Shown piece by piece: positions 26,051 through 38,463 of a DNA stretch of 64,000 nt (positions are counted from its first letter, which is position 1; each line of letters starts with the position of its first letter). Below the pieces are notes generated by a model. The model was not told where the DNA came from. It made no database searches and saw only the letters and a list, made by a program, of their open reading frames with translations. Source of the stretch: Malacoraja senta (Eukaryota); NCBI GenBank assembly GCA_038087875.1, contig CM075977.1, positions 312,046,001 to 312,110,000 of the forward strand, written 5' to 3'. A program made the position numbers and the translations under genes.

Positions 26051-29000
26051 CAGCACATAACTTTTTAACTAAGACTAGTCAGATTTTTCACTGTAGCACC
26101 TTGCCTGACAAAAACAATTGCATACTAGGGTGAGAAAATGTGACTTGTCCTTAAATAGCAGTAGACCAACAATAATTTCTGTGCCTTGGTGAGAAGGTTA
26201 AATTAAATGGTGGCCTGATCAACAAAATAGAAAGATTAAACGAAAACTTACCGTTTGATGTTTGATCTTTATTTTATGAGGAGTTACGATGAGCGATTAC
26301 GTGAAGAAGGCCGTCAGTCTGCATGCGCGTCAATCTTTAAAGCAGCGGTGTGAAATCACAGATAACAGTTGTTAAACTAAACATAGTAAGATTAGAGAGA
26401 ACTAGAACTACCAGATGATCTTTATGATACGAGGGTTGGGAGTGGAGGGCACGTAATCGCTCATCGTAACTCCTCATAAAATAAAGATCAAACTTCAAAC
26501 TGGTAAGTTCTCGTTTAATCTTACTATTTTACTTCGGAGTCACGTGAGTGACTACGTGAAGATTTTAAAGCTCTGTGATATTATGCCGTGGATACGAGTC
26601 CATGCGTCACATACTGCATCAGTTGACCAGGATGAGTGAAAATAATTAATGCATTCAGACATGATATAGACAAAAAATGCTGATTTTTTAATAATCAAAG
26701 AAAATAATAGTGACCCCTCTCATCCAGGGGGAAACTATAAAACAGAACCTAAAATTGAATTAGCAAAAACCCCCCGTCTGGCGATAGGTTTGTTATAAAA
26801 CCTTTGGAACGTCAGTTCTTTAGACCATCCTGCAGCCGCTAGAATGTGGTCGAGAGGGACGTCCATATCCCTCGCTGCTGACATAGATGCAGCCCTGGTG
26901 GAGTGAGGTTTAAAAATGTCAGTGTCCACTCCTGCACATGCCAGAACCTGTTTTAACCATCTTGAAATGGTCTGCACTGTAACCTTCCTATGAGGTTTTG
27001 TGTAGCTGATGAATAAAGATAATTCGGAGCCTCTGAGGCTCTTAGTGACCTTGATGTATTGTAGTATGCGTGTAACTACACACAACCATAGGTCTAAGGG
27101 GTATGCCATAAAAATTAATTTGTGCCCCGACACCTCGGGTCTGCTCTGCTTAATTAAATCATAAACAAAAAAGGTAATATTATCAATAGATTAAACCATG
27201 CTGTCCAGTCGTAGTTTATGTAATGTCTGGACCCGTTGCGCTGAAACCAGTGCCATGAGCATGACCACCTTGAGAGTGAGATTGAGCAGAGACAGAGATG
27301 AGGCTGGAGCCCACTGGCGAAGCAGCGTGAGTACCATGCTCACATCCCATATCTGTGAATATCGGGCCCTAGGGGGAGTAGAGTTAAAAATGCCCTTCAT
27401 AAATCTGGTTATTAAGAGGTGAGACCCGACAGTGTGGTGTCCTGACCCCAGCCATAAGTAAGATGATAATGCGCTCCTAGCATTATTTATGGCACTATAA
27501 CTGAGTTTCTGATCGTAGAATAGTGTAGATAGGAACTCCAAAACATCCGTAATGGAAGCCGTGTCCTACGAAATTTTCGAGAGAGAGCAGTACATCTCCC
27601 ATTTCCTTATATGAGTGATGTACTGTTTCTGGGTACTCTTCCTCCAGGCCGCAGTGATTACATCAACCGTACGATCTGAAAGTCCGAGCCCCAGGAACAG
27701 TCTCCACAGAATCTGCAAACCAATAAATTGATTCGGTCATGTAGTGGATGGTTTTCCCCTGTCACAGGATGAACCAGCATATTTCTGCTTTTGGGGACAG
27801 CCATAAAAGGCTGTGTAATCATACCTAGGACAAGTGGGAACCAATGCTGTGTAGGCCAGTCTGGTACTACCAATATGCCAGAGGTGGAGTCTTGCTTGAT
27901 TTTGGCCAAGCACCGACTGATGAGGCAAAATGGGGGAAAGGCCTACAAGAACTTTCCACCCCAGTGCAGTGAGAATGCATCTACTGCCACTGCCCCTGGG
28001 TCTGGTTCTCATGAAACGTATTTTGGTAACTGGTGATTTAGTCTGGATGCAAACAAATCGATATCCGGTACGCCATACCCAGCGACAATGTCATTAAACA
28101 CTTCATGATTCAACATCCATTCTGTGTTGTCATTGAATTTCCGTGACCTGGTGTCCGCCACCATGTTATATCTACCTGGTAAGTAGATAGCTGAAACCCA
28201 GATGTTTCTCGTAATACACCAGTGCCAAATAAGGTTAGACAATTTATCACAGGATACAGACTTAATTCCACCCATGTGATTAATGTATGCTACCGCTGTA
28301 GTGTTGTCAATCTGAAGTTGAACATGCACATGATGCATATTGCTACAATAAGCCTTCAGCCCATAGAGTGCTCCCAACAACTCTAAGTAGTTAATACCAT
28401 GTGACTGAAGAATTAATGATTCCTGCATATTCCATCTCCCACTGCAGCTTGAGACGTGTTTGTAGCACCCAATCCTAGAGCACTAGCATCAGTTTGTAGG
28501 ATAACTGATGGTGTATCGACTAAAATTACACTGGAGCAATGCTGAATATTGGTCACCCACCATTGTTACTCAGCAATGGCTTCAGGTCTACCGCATAGGT
28601 CTACCGAAGTGACCTTTATGAAATTTGAGTGCCTGCTCCTTTGCACGTTGTAAGTTTTGGTAGTGCAAAGGCCCGAACTGAGCAGCTGGGAAAGCAGCCA
28701 CTAATTTGCCAATTATACTAGCCACATGTCTAATAGAATGTTGGTCCTTAACAATGAGATTGTTACAGGCTTCAATTAATTCTAATTGCTTGCCCCAAGG
28801 CAGAGTCACTGACATGTGAAATGAGTTAATGGTGAATCCCAAATAATCAATTACTCTAGATGGTACCAATTTGGATTTAACTGGATGGATGAGGAACCCC
28901 AATCTCTCAAACATGAGTTTGGTAGCTGACACAGATAATTCAGCTAATTTCATAGTTTTCCCTATGATTAGGATGTCATCCAAGTATGCCATCACAATAT

Positions 29001-30607
29001 GATTCTGAGCCCTGAGTAGCCCCAGGACTGGTTTTAGCAATTTAGTGAATAATCTGGGGGCTGAGGTTAACCCATTAGGCAATGCTTTAAACTGCCACAG
29101 TTGCCCCATCCAGCTAAACTTCAAATATCTCCAGTGATCCCCATGAATGGGCACCGAATAGTCTGCATCTTTGAGGTCGATGCATGCCATATAACATCCC
29201 TTGGAAACCAGTTGTTTGGCAGTAACAAAGTTTTCCATTTTGAAGTGTTTATACTGCACAAAGGTGTTAAGCTCAGTCAAGTCAAGGATGATTCGGCATC
29301 CTCCATCCTTCTTTTGCTTAGTAAATATATTGGACATAAATTGGTGAGACTCATGACACGACATCTCAATTACCCCTTTTTTGTGTAATGATTCAATTTC
29401 AGCTTGCGCATCCGCACACTCCTGTTGTGAAAGAACAAATGTGCGGTTCGGTGTATGCTGTGTGGGTGGAAGCGAATTGAGAAGGAACTCAATTTGGAAA
29501 CCTTGTATACTGTGCAGTATAAATGGATCTGATGTTATCAAATGCCATTCATTCAAGAAAAATTGTAATCTCCCCCCAACTTGTAACTGATCCATAAACA
29601 ATGTGTTCTGCAAATAACCAGACTCACCTACCTCAATGGTTACCGGTGGTATGGTGTTGGTTTCTGCCCCTGAGGTTTGTGGGGTAGGACTGTTGGAGGG
29701 CGCCATCCGCGCATCTTGAACGTGGGCCGGCTTGGGCCTAGCCCTAAAAAAGGCCTCTGTGCCTGTTGTTCGGGTTTCCCACCATATTCAGCGAACCGTC
29801 TGGTGTTGAGAGGGGCATAGCGGTGCTGCCGCCGGAAAGATGAATTCTTGGAAGATGTTGGGACCTTCATAAGCCCGACCACTTTAGCTTCATCATCCAG
29901 CTCCCTGACCTGCTTCGGCAGATCTTCACCGAACAGGAGGTTAGGTGGTTGGATGTTGCCGGCCTTGCACAATGCTGCAAATTTGGGGTTCAGAGCAGGA
30001 CGGATGGCATTCTTTCATAGGCAATTTATCTCAAAATGTGTCTTGCACATTAATGCCATGGCATCCTGCTGAACATCAGACAGGGGCCCCCCATCCACTG
30101 ACCTGGCAAAGGCCGTGATGCCTGAGGCGAGCAACCTTAATATTTCTTGTAACATCACCTCCTGGGCTCTGATGCCCCCTCCAATATAACCCCAGATGGA
30201 GTGATTTACTGCCGGCACATTCAATGAGGCACAGTTTGCAGGGGTATGGTACTTGGTGGTGGTTTCCTCCATGGCCCGATCTTGGAGCTGGTGAGAGGCC
30301 AGGTAGTTAATGCTCATGGCTAAATCCTCTCCCAGCAGTTCCCCTGTTAGAGACGGTATAGCAAATTTGGATGCCATTGGGGGTACTTCCAAATCTTGCC
30401 CTTCATGCCTTGAAGCATGCTCCCCAGCTGTGCCTCCGTACTCTGAGTCAGTGTAGAACTGGCCCGAATGCTCCCCTCCTCAGAGAGAAAGACATTTTGC
30501 AGCCCTGAGACAGGTGCCACTGCCGCGGGCTCTCTAGGATACCTGGGCTCAGATAGCTCCCTCCTTTGGAGCATATCATTTTGGAGCAACCTCTCCATCA
30601 GGTGCTC

Positions 30608-31066
30608 AAAAATGCTGGAGAAACTCAGCGGGTGCAGCAGCATCTATGGAGCGAAGGAAATAGGCAACGTTTCGGGCCGAAACCCTTCTTCAGACTGATA
30701 GGGGGTGGGAAGAAGAAAGGAAAAAAGGAAAAAGGCGGAGGAGGAGCCTGAGGGCTGGGGGAGGGGAGGAGACAACCAGAGGGCTGATGAAGGGGAGGGG
30801 ACAGCAAGGGCTAGCAGAATTGGGAGAATTCAATGTTCAAGCCCCCAGGATGTAGACTGCCCAAGCGGAATATGAGGTGCATTTCCTCCAATTTACGGTG
30901 TTGCTCGCTGTGGCCATGGAGGAGACCCAGGACAGAGAGGTCAGATACGGAATGGGAGGGGGAGTTGAAGTGCTGAGCCACCGGGAGGTCAAGTTGGTTA
31001 TTGCGGACCGACCGGAGGTGTTCGGCGAAACGATCGCCAAGCCTCCGCTTGGTCTCACCCATGTAG
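30608..31066 (-). mobile_element. Penelope-like element 3' fragment (GIY-YIG C-terminus + terminal repeat) inserted in DIRS gag
   Basis: YMGETKRRLGDRFAEH...VAQHFN...RKLEE..LIFRLGSLHPGGLNIEF; 11-bp TSD ATCAGGTGCTC at 30597-30607 and 31067-31077. Confidence 0.9.
30666..30693 (-). ncRNA. Penelope-type minimal hammerhead ribozyme core
   Basis: Minus strand CUGAAGA-A-GGGUUUCGGCCC-GAAAC-GUU. Similar intact cores at 2205-2232 (GUC) and 37999-38026. Confidence 0.6.
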
Positions 31067-31510
31067 ATCAGGTGCTCCATGTGGGTCAGTCGCCCATAGA
31101 CACTGCCCATTGAAGGAGAGGAACCCTCCTGGCCCGACTCGTCTGAGTCCACGGGCCTAACAGACTTCTTGGTGGCTTTTCTCCCCAGCGGGGTAGCCAA
31201 GGTGCTTTCAATCGGCACCAAGTCTGTAGCCGCTGGCTCCACTGCCAGCGACCCGGAAGGCGAAATCGGTGGCCGCCCGCTACCCGCAGTCTTCTGTAGT
31301 CGGTTTCCCCGTGGCCCGCCTCTTCACCTTAGACATAGTCTCCACAAGGATCGAAACTTCTGTAAGTAGAGTTAACGAACCGGGAGCAACGACCTCAGAG
31401 AGAGTATAAGCACTTACCTGAGGGTTTTAAACTTACCGCTGGAAGGAGCGAAGCGCCCGCCAGTCAGTCGTTGCGCAATGCATTAGACGTAATGACGCGC
31501 ATGCGCAAAG

Positions 31511-31933
31511 TCCGGCGACTTCTCCCGCCCGAGTTGCGGGGTTGAAGTGCACCTGGAGCGGGGCTTTATCCCCCCGCGCGGCTTGGAATGGCCACCGGAC
31601 TTTGCGGGCGCGCGCCGGGGCTCTAACACCAAGACCCGGTGCGCGACCTTGCATCACCCGGCGTGGCTTTAATGGCTGCGGGACAATCACCATCGCCCGC
31701 CGGGGGCTTTGACTTTGACTCTGACATCGGGGGGGGGGGGGGGAGTGCAGTGGAGAGATACGTTTTTTTGCCTTCCATCACAGCGCTGTGATGGATGTAT
31801 GTGTAAATTGTGTTGTGTTTCGGGTCTTCTTCGTTTTGTATTGTATGGCTGCAGAAACGACATTTCGTTTGGACCTCAAGGGGTCCAAATGACAAATTTG
31901 TCCAAAAGACAAATAAATTGAATTGAATTGAAA
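31511..31933 (+). mobile_element. GC-rich non-autonomous retroposon fragment inserted in the DIRS left terminal repeat
   Basis: It separates TGACGCGCATGC from GCCTTCTTCACGT, which lie only a few bp apart in the other ITR. It ends in AATAAA(TTGAA)3. Confidence 0.7.
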
Positions 31934-31979
31934 AAACGCCTTCTTCACGTAGTCACTCACGTGATTGCGAAGTAAAATA

Positions 31980-34900
31980 ACCGTTGAGTTACCGAATGAT
32001 CTTTATGAGATTCAGGGTTGGGAGTGGAGGGCATGTAATCCCTCACTTCAACTTCTTATAAAATAAAGATCAAACTTCAAACGGTAAGTTTCCGTTTAAT
32101 CTTTCTATTTTATTTCGAAGTCACGTGAGTGACTACGTGAAGCCTTCAAAGCTCTGTGGTTTCATGCAGTAACCCAATCTGTGTGTGAAACACTTAAACA
32201 GATAAACCATAAATGGTAGAAAAGACATGGGTTATTAACAACATGATGCTAACTTGCATACATGGCCATTGCCCTTAAAACCCACAGTCCCAATTGGCTT
32301 TGAGTTAGACAATAACTCATGCAACACTGTTCAGAATTCTATCTGCAATCATCCAGGCATATTCAACCAAATTTTATAACTTCTGAAAGCGCACTATGTA
32401 AGCCTCCTGCTGTTGCAAGAAGATCAAATGGGAATATCCATTCTATTGACTGCTAATGAGACACCAGCAATCTCTTGAGAAAACTGTTAAATAACAATGA
32501 AGAAACTATCCTTCATCTCATAGGTACTAGCAAGCTCAGTGTACCTGTATACATAATAACACCCCCAATCTCCTATCTGGTGGGTATGCTGTCAACTCCA
32601 AATTGTACCCAACCATGCCCGTTTTGCTTTATGAGATCTTTCCCATAACAAGCTACCCTCATGTCAGTTAAGACCCAGAGACCGAGTAAAGACTGTGTTC
32701 TTTGTGCTGAAATCAGTTGCTAAAAGCATAATCAACTTAAAAATACTGCTCCCATTTAAATACAGTAGATGAATATCTGCATAATAATTTACTGATATAC
32801 ATCCCACACTACTATGAGTCCAGGCTTTTAGAGCGGTCATATAAAAGACACCTTGCATAACGTTAGTCAACAGCGGGTGAATAACCAATCATTTATTGTC
32901 CCACTTATGGTACTATAGAGAATGACAAAGCAGCACAAGCAGTGTTAATTGTGCTATAACATAATCGCCTCTCTAAGCCCAAACTGAAAGAAAACAAACC
33001 TCTGCTACTTCTGTTTAAAAGTAGTTCACATGTCTTCTTCACAACTTCCCATACAATCGTGCAGAGCTAGCTGCACGAGAAAAAGGCTGAACTAGCCATC
33101 ACTCGTGACTTCGAGTAAATAGGAGTTTCTTTCAGCTGCCATTACCATGGACACCCTGAATGAGTAGGCAAATTTGGCATTATTAAGTTTCATGTTGCCT
33201 CATCCTTAATATCGTAAGAGGCATCTACTGATAAAACCCCTGAGTCTTATCAGCTACAAATGTTGCATGTCGTTTATAAACTCCATGACACAATGCCTTT
33301 TTGATCTGAGTAGGGCAGCATTAGCTTTAGAAACTTTGTAAATAGCCTAGTCCTGAAGACAACCCCTAGGTAGAGCCTAAACTTTGCACCACTGGCTTTG
33401 TCATCAAAAACACCAGATATATCTGTGCCTCTCGTGTATAGTTATGGCAAAGTATGCCATATCTATCGATTCAAGATCGATTGAGGCCCTAATCCTCTGA
33501 ATCAGCTAAATTGCTGAAAGACAAGTATCCATCTTAAACTGGGTAACCAAACACATGATTAGACTAGCCAAATTCTAACCTGATTTGGCATGCTCCATTT
33601 TTCTGCAACCTTGAGACATATCAGAAATATCCCCCTCTTGTTCTTGGGCAGACTACTCATCCTTTGTGAGACGTCTCTGTTTCCACTTGGATAACCATTG
33701 TTTCCTCTATAGACCGTACGGACGGAAATGTTTGGCTTCTCTTGCTGCGGAAGATGCATTTATCTATTTATTTATTTATTTATTTCGCTCATAACATATA
33801 ATCAGATCCTTATGACTAGAGTTGAAACACAATGTCCACTTGAGATGGGAATACGAGTTAACTGTCAACTCTTGACTGTCAGAGTCACCACGAATCCTCA
33901 GCCTACTTCCTCAGAGTGGAAAATTGCATAATGCAACCCTGAACCAGGAATTGCTCCGCAGTCCTCTGAGTGAAACCACCTGTCTCAGTCGCCAGTGTGC
34001 GCAACACACTCTCTTCGACCAGCCACTCAATCAGGAATACTGGTATTGAGAGCCTACAGATTATTATATATATTTTCTATTCACAACATGAACCTGCAGG
34101 TCAGATAAAAAATGCTACATGCCAGACCGGCTTTCTGCTTGTAGCTACCTATCCCAGAGAGGATGGCAATGATGTATCCAATGAACGGGCAACTGAGCTG
34201 AAAGAATTAAGCATGTGTTGAGGGAAAACTCAACCTACCTCACTCTACTGAGCAGCTTGATAACCTCAATCACAGATGTTGAGGCAATACTTCCCTGGTC
34301 AATATGTTCCATATGGCCAGCCAGTTCCAAGATGGTCTACCCTGAACCAGGGTAGCCAAGCTGTTCCTACTTGGAACTTACAGAGGTTGCTATGCAAGGC
34401 ACCCTGCCAATGTCTCTGCATCCACCTGATCGACTCCAGAGACAGTGAAAGGTACTAGACAGCCCATGCTGCCAGTAAATCCAAACCCGGGGCGACAGAC
34501 TGTTCCATTTCAGAGTTTTACGGAGGTTAACAAAGAGACCTTACCTGCCAGCTTCTCTGAGCCCAGTTCGACCTGCTTGTTGGAGCTTCAGCGAAGTTCC
34601 ATTGCACACCATGTCTGACCACATCTTCAGCCCCACGCTTGCCAAACAGCTCGTTACCGGAGCTCAAAAGCGATATTGCTGTGCAAGGCACGCCTGCCAG
34701 CATTTCTGAGCCCAATGGGACAGACTGCTTCTTCGGCCTACAGCCTCTTTAGAGCCTAGCTGGAGCTTTACTGTGCAGGTCATGCTACCAGTTATTCCCA
34801 GCGTGGTTTGACACGCCGCTCCTTCGACCCCTTCTGCTTCTTCAGGGCCTTAGCGGACCTCACTGAACAGGCCATGCCTGCCATAACACCGAGCCTGCCT

Positions 34901-36615
34901 CGACAGGCTACTCCTGCGGCCTTCTGCCTTTTTTGAAGCCTTTGCTGGAGCTGACTGTGCAGATCGCGCTGCCAGTTTCTCCCAGCCTGGATCGACAGGC
35001 TGCTCCTTTGGCCAGCTGCTCCTTCGGAGCTTCAGCGGGGCTCACTGGACAGGTCACACCTGCCATTACTGCAAGCCTGGTTCAACAAACTGTTCTTGCG
35101 AGGCCAGCTAGTGACTCCCGACTGCTCCTTTCCGGAGCTTCAACGGCGCTTCCAGCTCCTTGAATACAGGGTGAAAAAACCCACCGGAATACTGGAGCTT
35201 TACCCACATAGAATGGTACTCCACCCCCGCAGCCGCCTTAAATTCCCCCTGCAAGTCTTCAACTTGCTACATAAGTCCTCTCGGAAGAGATACTATGCAG
35301 GCTGCACGTTATTGGCCCTGTAAAAAAGCCATTTTGGGAATTATCTCACGCCTTATAGCATTTTACGAAGGCAGTAGCCCCAACTGTGTATTACAGTGAA
35401 GAGATAATGCAGCTTTCTGTACTTCCGAGAGTTGAGACCCATCTACTGACTTGCAAAAGGCCGTAATGACTCCAGAGCGGTTTTTGGACTTGCTGACATA
35501 ATTCGTTGCCTACATATCATCACTGGGATATCCCAACTGATGAAATTGACGTATGGAACATCCAAAAGTCTGGCAGTTATCTGGACTGGCATATTTCCCA
35601 GATACTTTTAGCCAGATCTTCCTCCTGTGAATCTCCTATCCCCAAAGGGATGGCAAATATGTGACAAGAGCCGGTAGCTCCTTCATATGATTAAAAATGA
35701 AGCATATCCCCCATTAGTTCAGGGATTCGATTTCCTTATCGATATCCACATAGTTGGAGTCACCTATGTAAGAATCTCCAACACCTCCCTCTTCTGAGCG
35801 GGAAAATATAACACAACCCTGAGCCAGGTATTGATTCCCTTTCTCTGTGCGGGAGATATTATAACGCAACCCTGAACCACAGGCATCGGACTGACAGCCT
35901 GTAAATGTCTCATGAGCTAGGAGCACATTTCCTTTTTCCATTTTATTTATTTATTCATCCCTTTATTTCTTCCTTTATTTATTTGTATGTTTGTTTATTT
36001 ATTGATTTATTTTACTCACTAGACAGGTTGCGCCTGCTCGTGACTCCGAGTCCTTGCTCCCTTCTGGAGCCTCAATGGAGTTTCTTAGGGGAGGAAATAG
36101 AACGCAACCCTGAACCAGGTGTTGCCTCCTCAGGCCTCTGGCTGACTCCTTTTCGGAGCTCCAATATGTACAGGCATTGCCTGTCAGATGCTCCGAACAG
36201 CCGCCTGCTCCAGTGGAGCACCATTCTGCCACGGCAGCCGCTGTCCTGGCCGAGCCGGCAGCGCTATTTTTAAAACCGCCAGCTCCTGCTGAGCCTCCAC
36301 GGCATTCACTGTCCCGGCCTGAGCCGGCAGCTGCTATTTATAGCCGCCAGCTCCTGCTGAGCCTCCATGGCGTTCGTTATCCTGGCCGCGCCGGCAGTCG
36401 CTATTTTTATCCTGCCCGCTCCTTACGGAGCCTCCACGGCGGCAGCTGTACAAGCTGTGCCAGCTTCTCCGGGCCCGCTGCCCCTATTTTCGGAGCAGCG
36501 GCCCGTTACTGAAAGAAAATTTTCCTCTTACCTGTCGGAGCAGTTTCGAACTGCTCCGATTCTCGCTCCATGCGTCGACGTGACTCATGTGACTCACGTG
36601 ACTTCGAAATAAAAT
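31980..36615 (-). mobile_element. Second, older and deleted DIRS1-type element
   Basis: Own ICR at 32032-32142 and matching 5' terminus ...CACGTGACTTCGAAATAAAAT ending 36615. Degenerate YR-like and gag-like sequence; internal tandem repeats at ~34500-35160 and ~36130-36500. Right terminus absent. Confidence 0.8.
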
Positions 36616-36771
36616 ACACCTCCAGCCATACAAAATACAAAAGCCATACAAAAGCCATACAAAATACACCTCCATCTGGGAGACACTGCCTAATAAATAT
36701 GTGACATGATCGGCTCCTCATAAAATGAAGGGTCAGGATTTTTGATGATAGTGATGGAAACATCAACAATT

Positions 36772-37678
36772 ATAGACAATAGACAATATGTGCATGAGTA
36801 TGCCATTCGTCCCTTCGAGCCAGCACCACCATTCAACATGATCATGGCTGATCATCCCCAATCAGTACCCCATTCCTGCCTTCTCACCATATCCACTGAC
36901 TGCTATCTTTAATAATAATAATGAATTTTATTTATGGGCGCCTTATACCGAGGTCTCAAGGACACCTTACAGAGATTTATAGGAAACATATAATCAGAAT
37001 TTAAAAAAATAAGTTATAAAGACCAATACACAAATCAGGGACAGAATTCCTTCCAAAAACACAAAAAAGAAAATCAGAAGCACAATTTGAGGAGAGAGCA
37101 GCGGCAACGAAACCGCGCCAGCGTCCACTCTCCCCTCCGACCTCCATCTTGAACACAGACTAACAAATACAATTACAAACAATTACATACAAAAATCATC
37201 CCCCCACAGTGATTTCCACTGTGGGGGAAGGCACAATGTCCAGTCCCCAGCCCTCTCTGGATACTTTCAAGAGCTCTCTCTTGAAAGTATCCAGAGAACC
37301 GGCCTCCACCGCCCTCTGAGGTAGAGAATTCCACAGACTCACCACTCTCTGTGTGAAAAAGTGTTTCCTCGTCTCCGTTCTAAATGGCTTACCCCTTATT
37401 CTTAAACTGTGGCCCCTGGTTCTGGACTCCCCCAACATCGGGAACATGTTTCCTGCCTCTAGTGTGTTCAAACCCTTCATAAACTTATATGTTTCAATAA
37501 GATGCCCTCTCATCCTTCTAAACTCCAGAGTATACAAGCCCAGCTGCTCCATTCTCTCAGCATATGACAGTCCCGCCATCCCGGGAATTAACCTTGTAAA
37601 CCTACGCTGCACTCCCTCAATAGCAATAATGTCCTTCCTCAAATTAAGGGACCAAAACTGCACACAATACTCCAGGTG
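36772..37678 (-). mobile_element. CR1 (HER1-like) LINE 3' fragment with a nested retroposon piece (~36910-37253)
   Basis: HLEYCVQFWS...QRRFTRLIPG...TRGH...WNSLP; (CAATAGA)n tail at ~36772-36788. Confidence 0.88.
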
Positions 37679-38463
37679 CTCTGACTGACCACTACATAAC
37701 ACTTTCACTCACCCACATTCTGTAAGAATGACTGTCTTCTTCTTGTTTCTCTCCATCCATGGGCAAGTGTTTTGACAGTGCTATCTTCCACACCAGTGCT
37801 TCCAATACATTGTCCTTATTGCTCAACCTAGGATTAACATTCACCATAAATGACAGACCTTAATAGTATCAGTATCACTTCCTGTATCTTTGTCCTCACT
37901 CCATTAATTTTCTCCCAGAACAACAAGATTACTGGTACACAAAAATGCTGGAGAAACTCAGCGGGTGCAGCAGCATCTATGGAGCGAAGGAAATAGGTAA
38001 CGTTTCGGGCCGAAACCCTTCTTCAGACTCAAGATTACTGTTGCCTCACCTTGCACCTTACCAACCTCCACTTTCAACAGATCATTAGGTGGAGACTAGG
38101 TGGACATATCTTTCCATCAAGGTTCCTCTCAGAATCTCATTGGGACTATTCTAATCTGCTATATTCGTGTCCAATCTCCAATCACCCTCAATGATTGCTT
38201 TCTTTATCATTTCATTTTCCCATGTAAATTTTTGCAACAAATCTTTCCGCGTGTCCACCTTTCAGGATGCAAAAACAGTGCTTCTTTCATTTGAATGCAC
38301 CAATTTCAGTGCCTATAATGAGCTATTTTCTATTGTCTGCACTACAGTAGTCTAAACAATAAAGTACTGTGCATTATCAGATGTTTTGATTTACAATCTC
38401 AAGTGAAATGGCATTAATCATGACTAATTAATGTACATTACTGCTAACTTTCTTTTTTTTCAG

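Larger units (their letters stand above)
26224..31978 (-). mobile_element. DIRS1-type tyrosine-recombinase retrotransposon, structurally complete but mutated
   Basis: Gag-like region ~29640-31336; RT 28588-29706 (LPNGLTSAP, YLDD); RNase H 28009-28428; Dam-like MT ~27658-28070 (DLFAS, AFPPF, VVPDWP); YR 26735-27541 (HSTR, AGWS..TFQRFY). Inverted termini plus an internal complementary region at 26450-26562 that reproduces the joined ends. Confidence 0.95.

Noticed and set aside
30811-31242. In-frame chimeric ORF of DIRS gag and Penelope GIY-YIG
   Set aside because: A by-product of the insertion. It starts at GTG, the gag ATG (31336) frame hits a TAG first, and the nuclease lacks its first motif.
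26541-36599. Clustered CACGTG E-boxes near the presumed CLOCK locus
   Set aside because: They are intrinsic to DIRS termini and ICRs; nothing in the sequence indicates circadian function.
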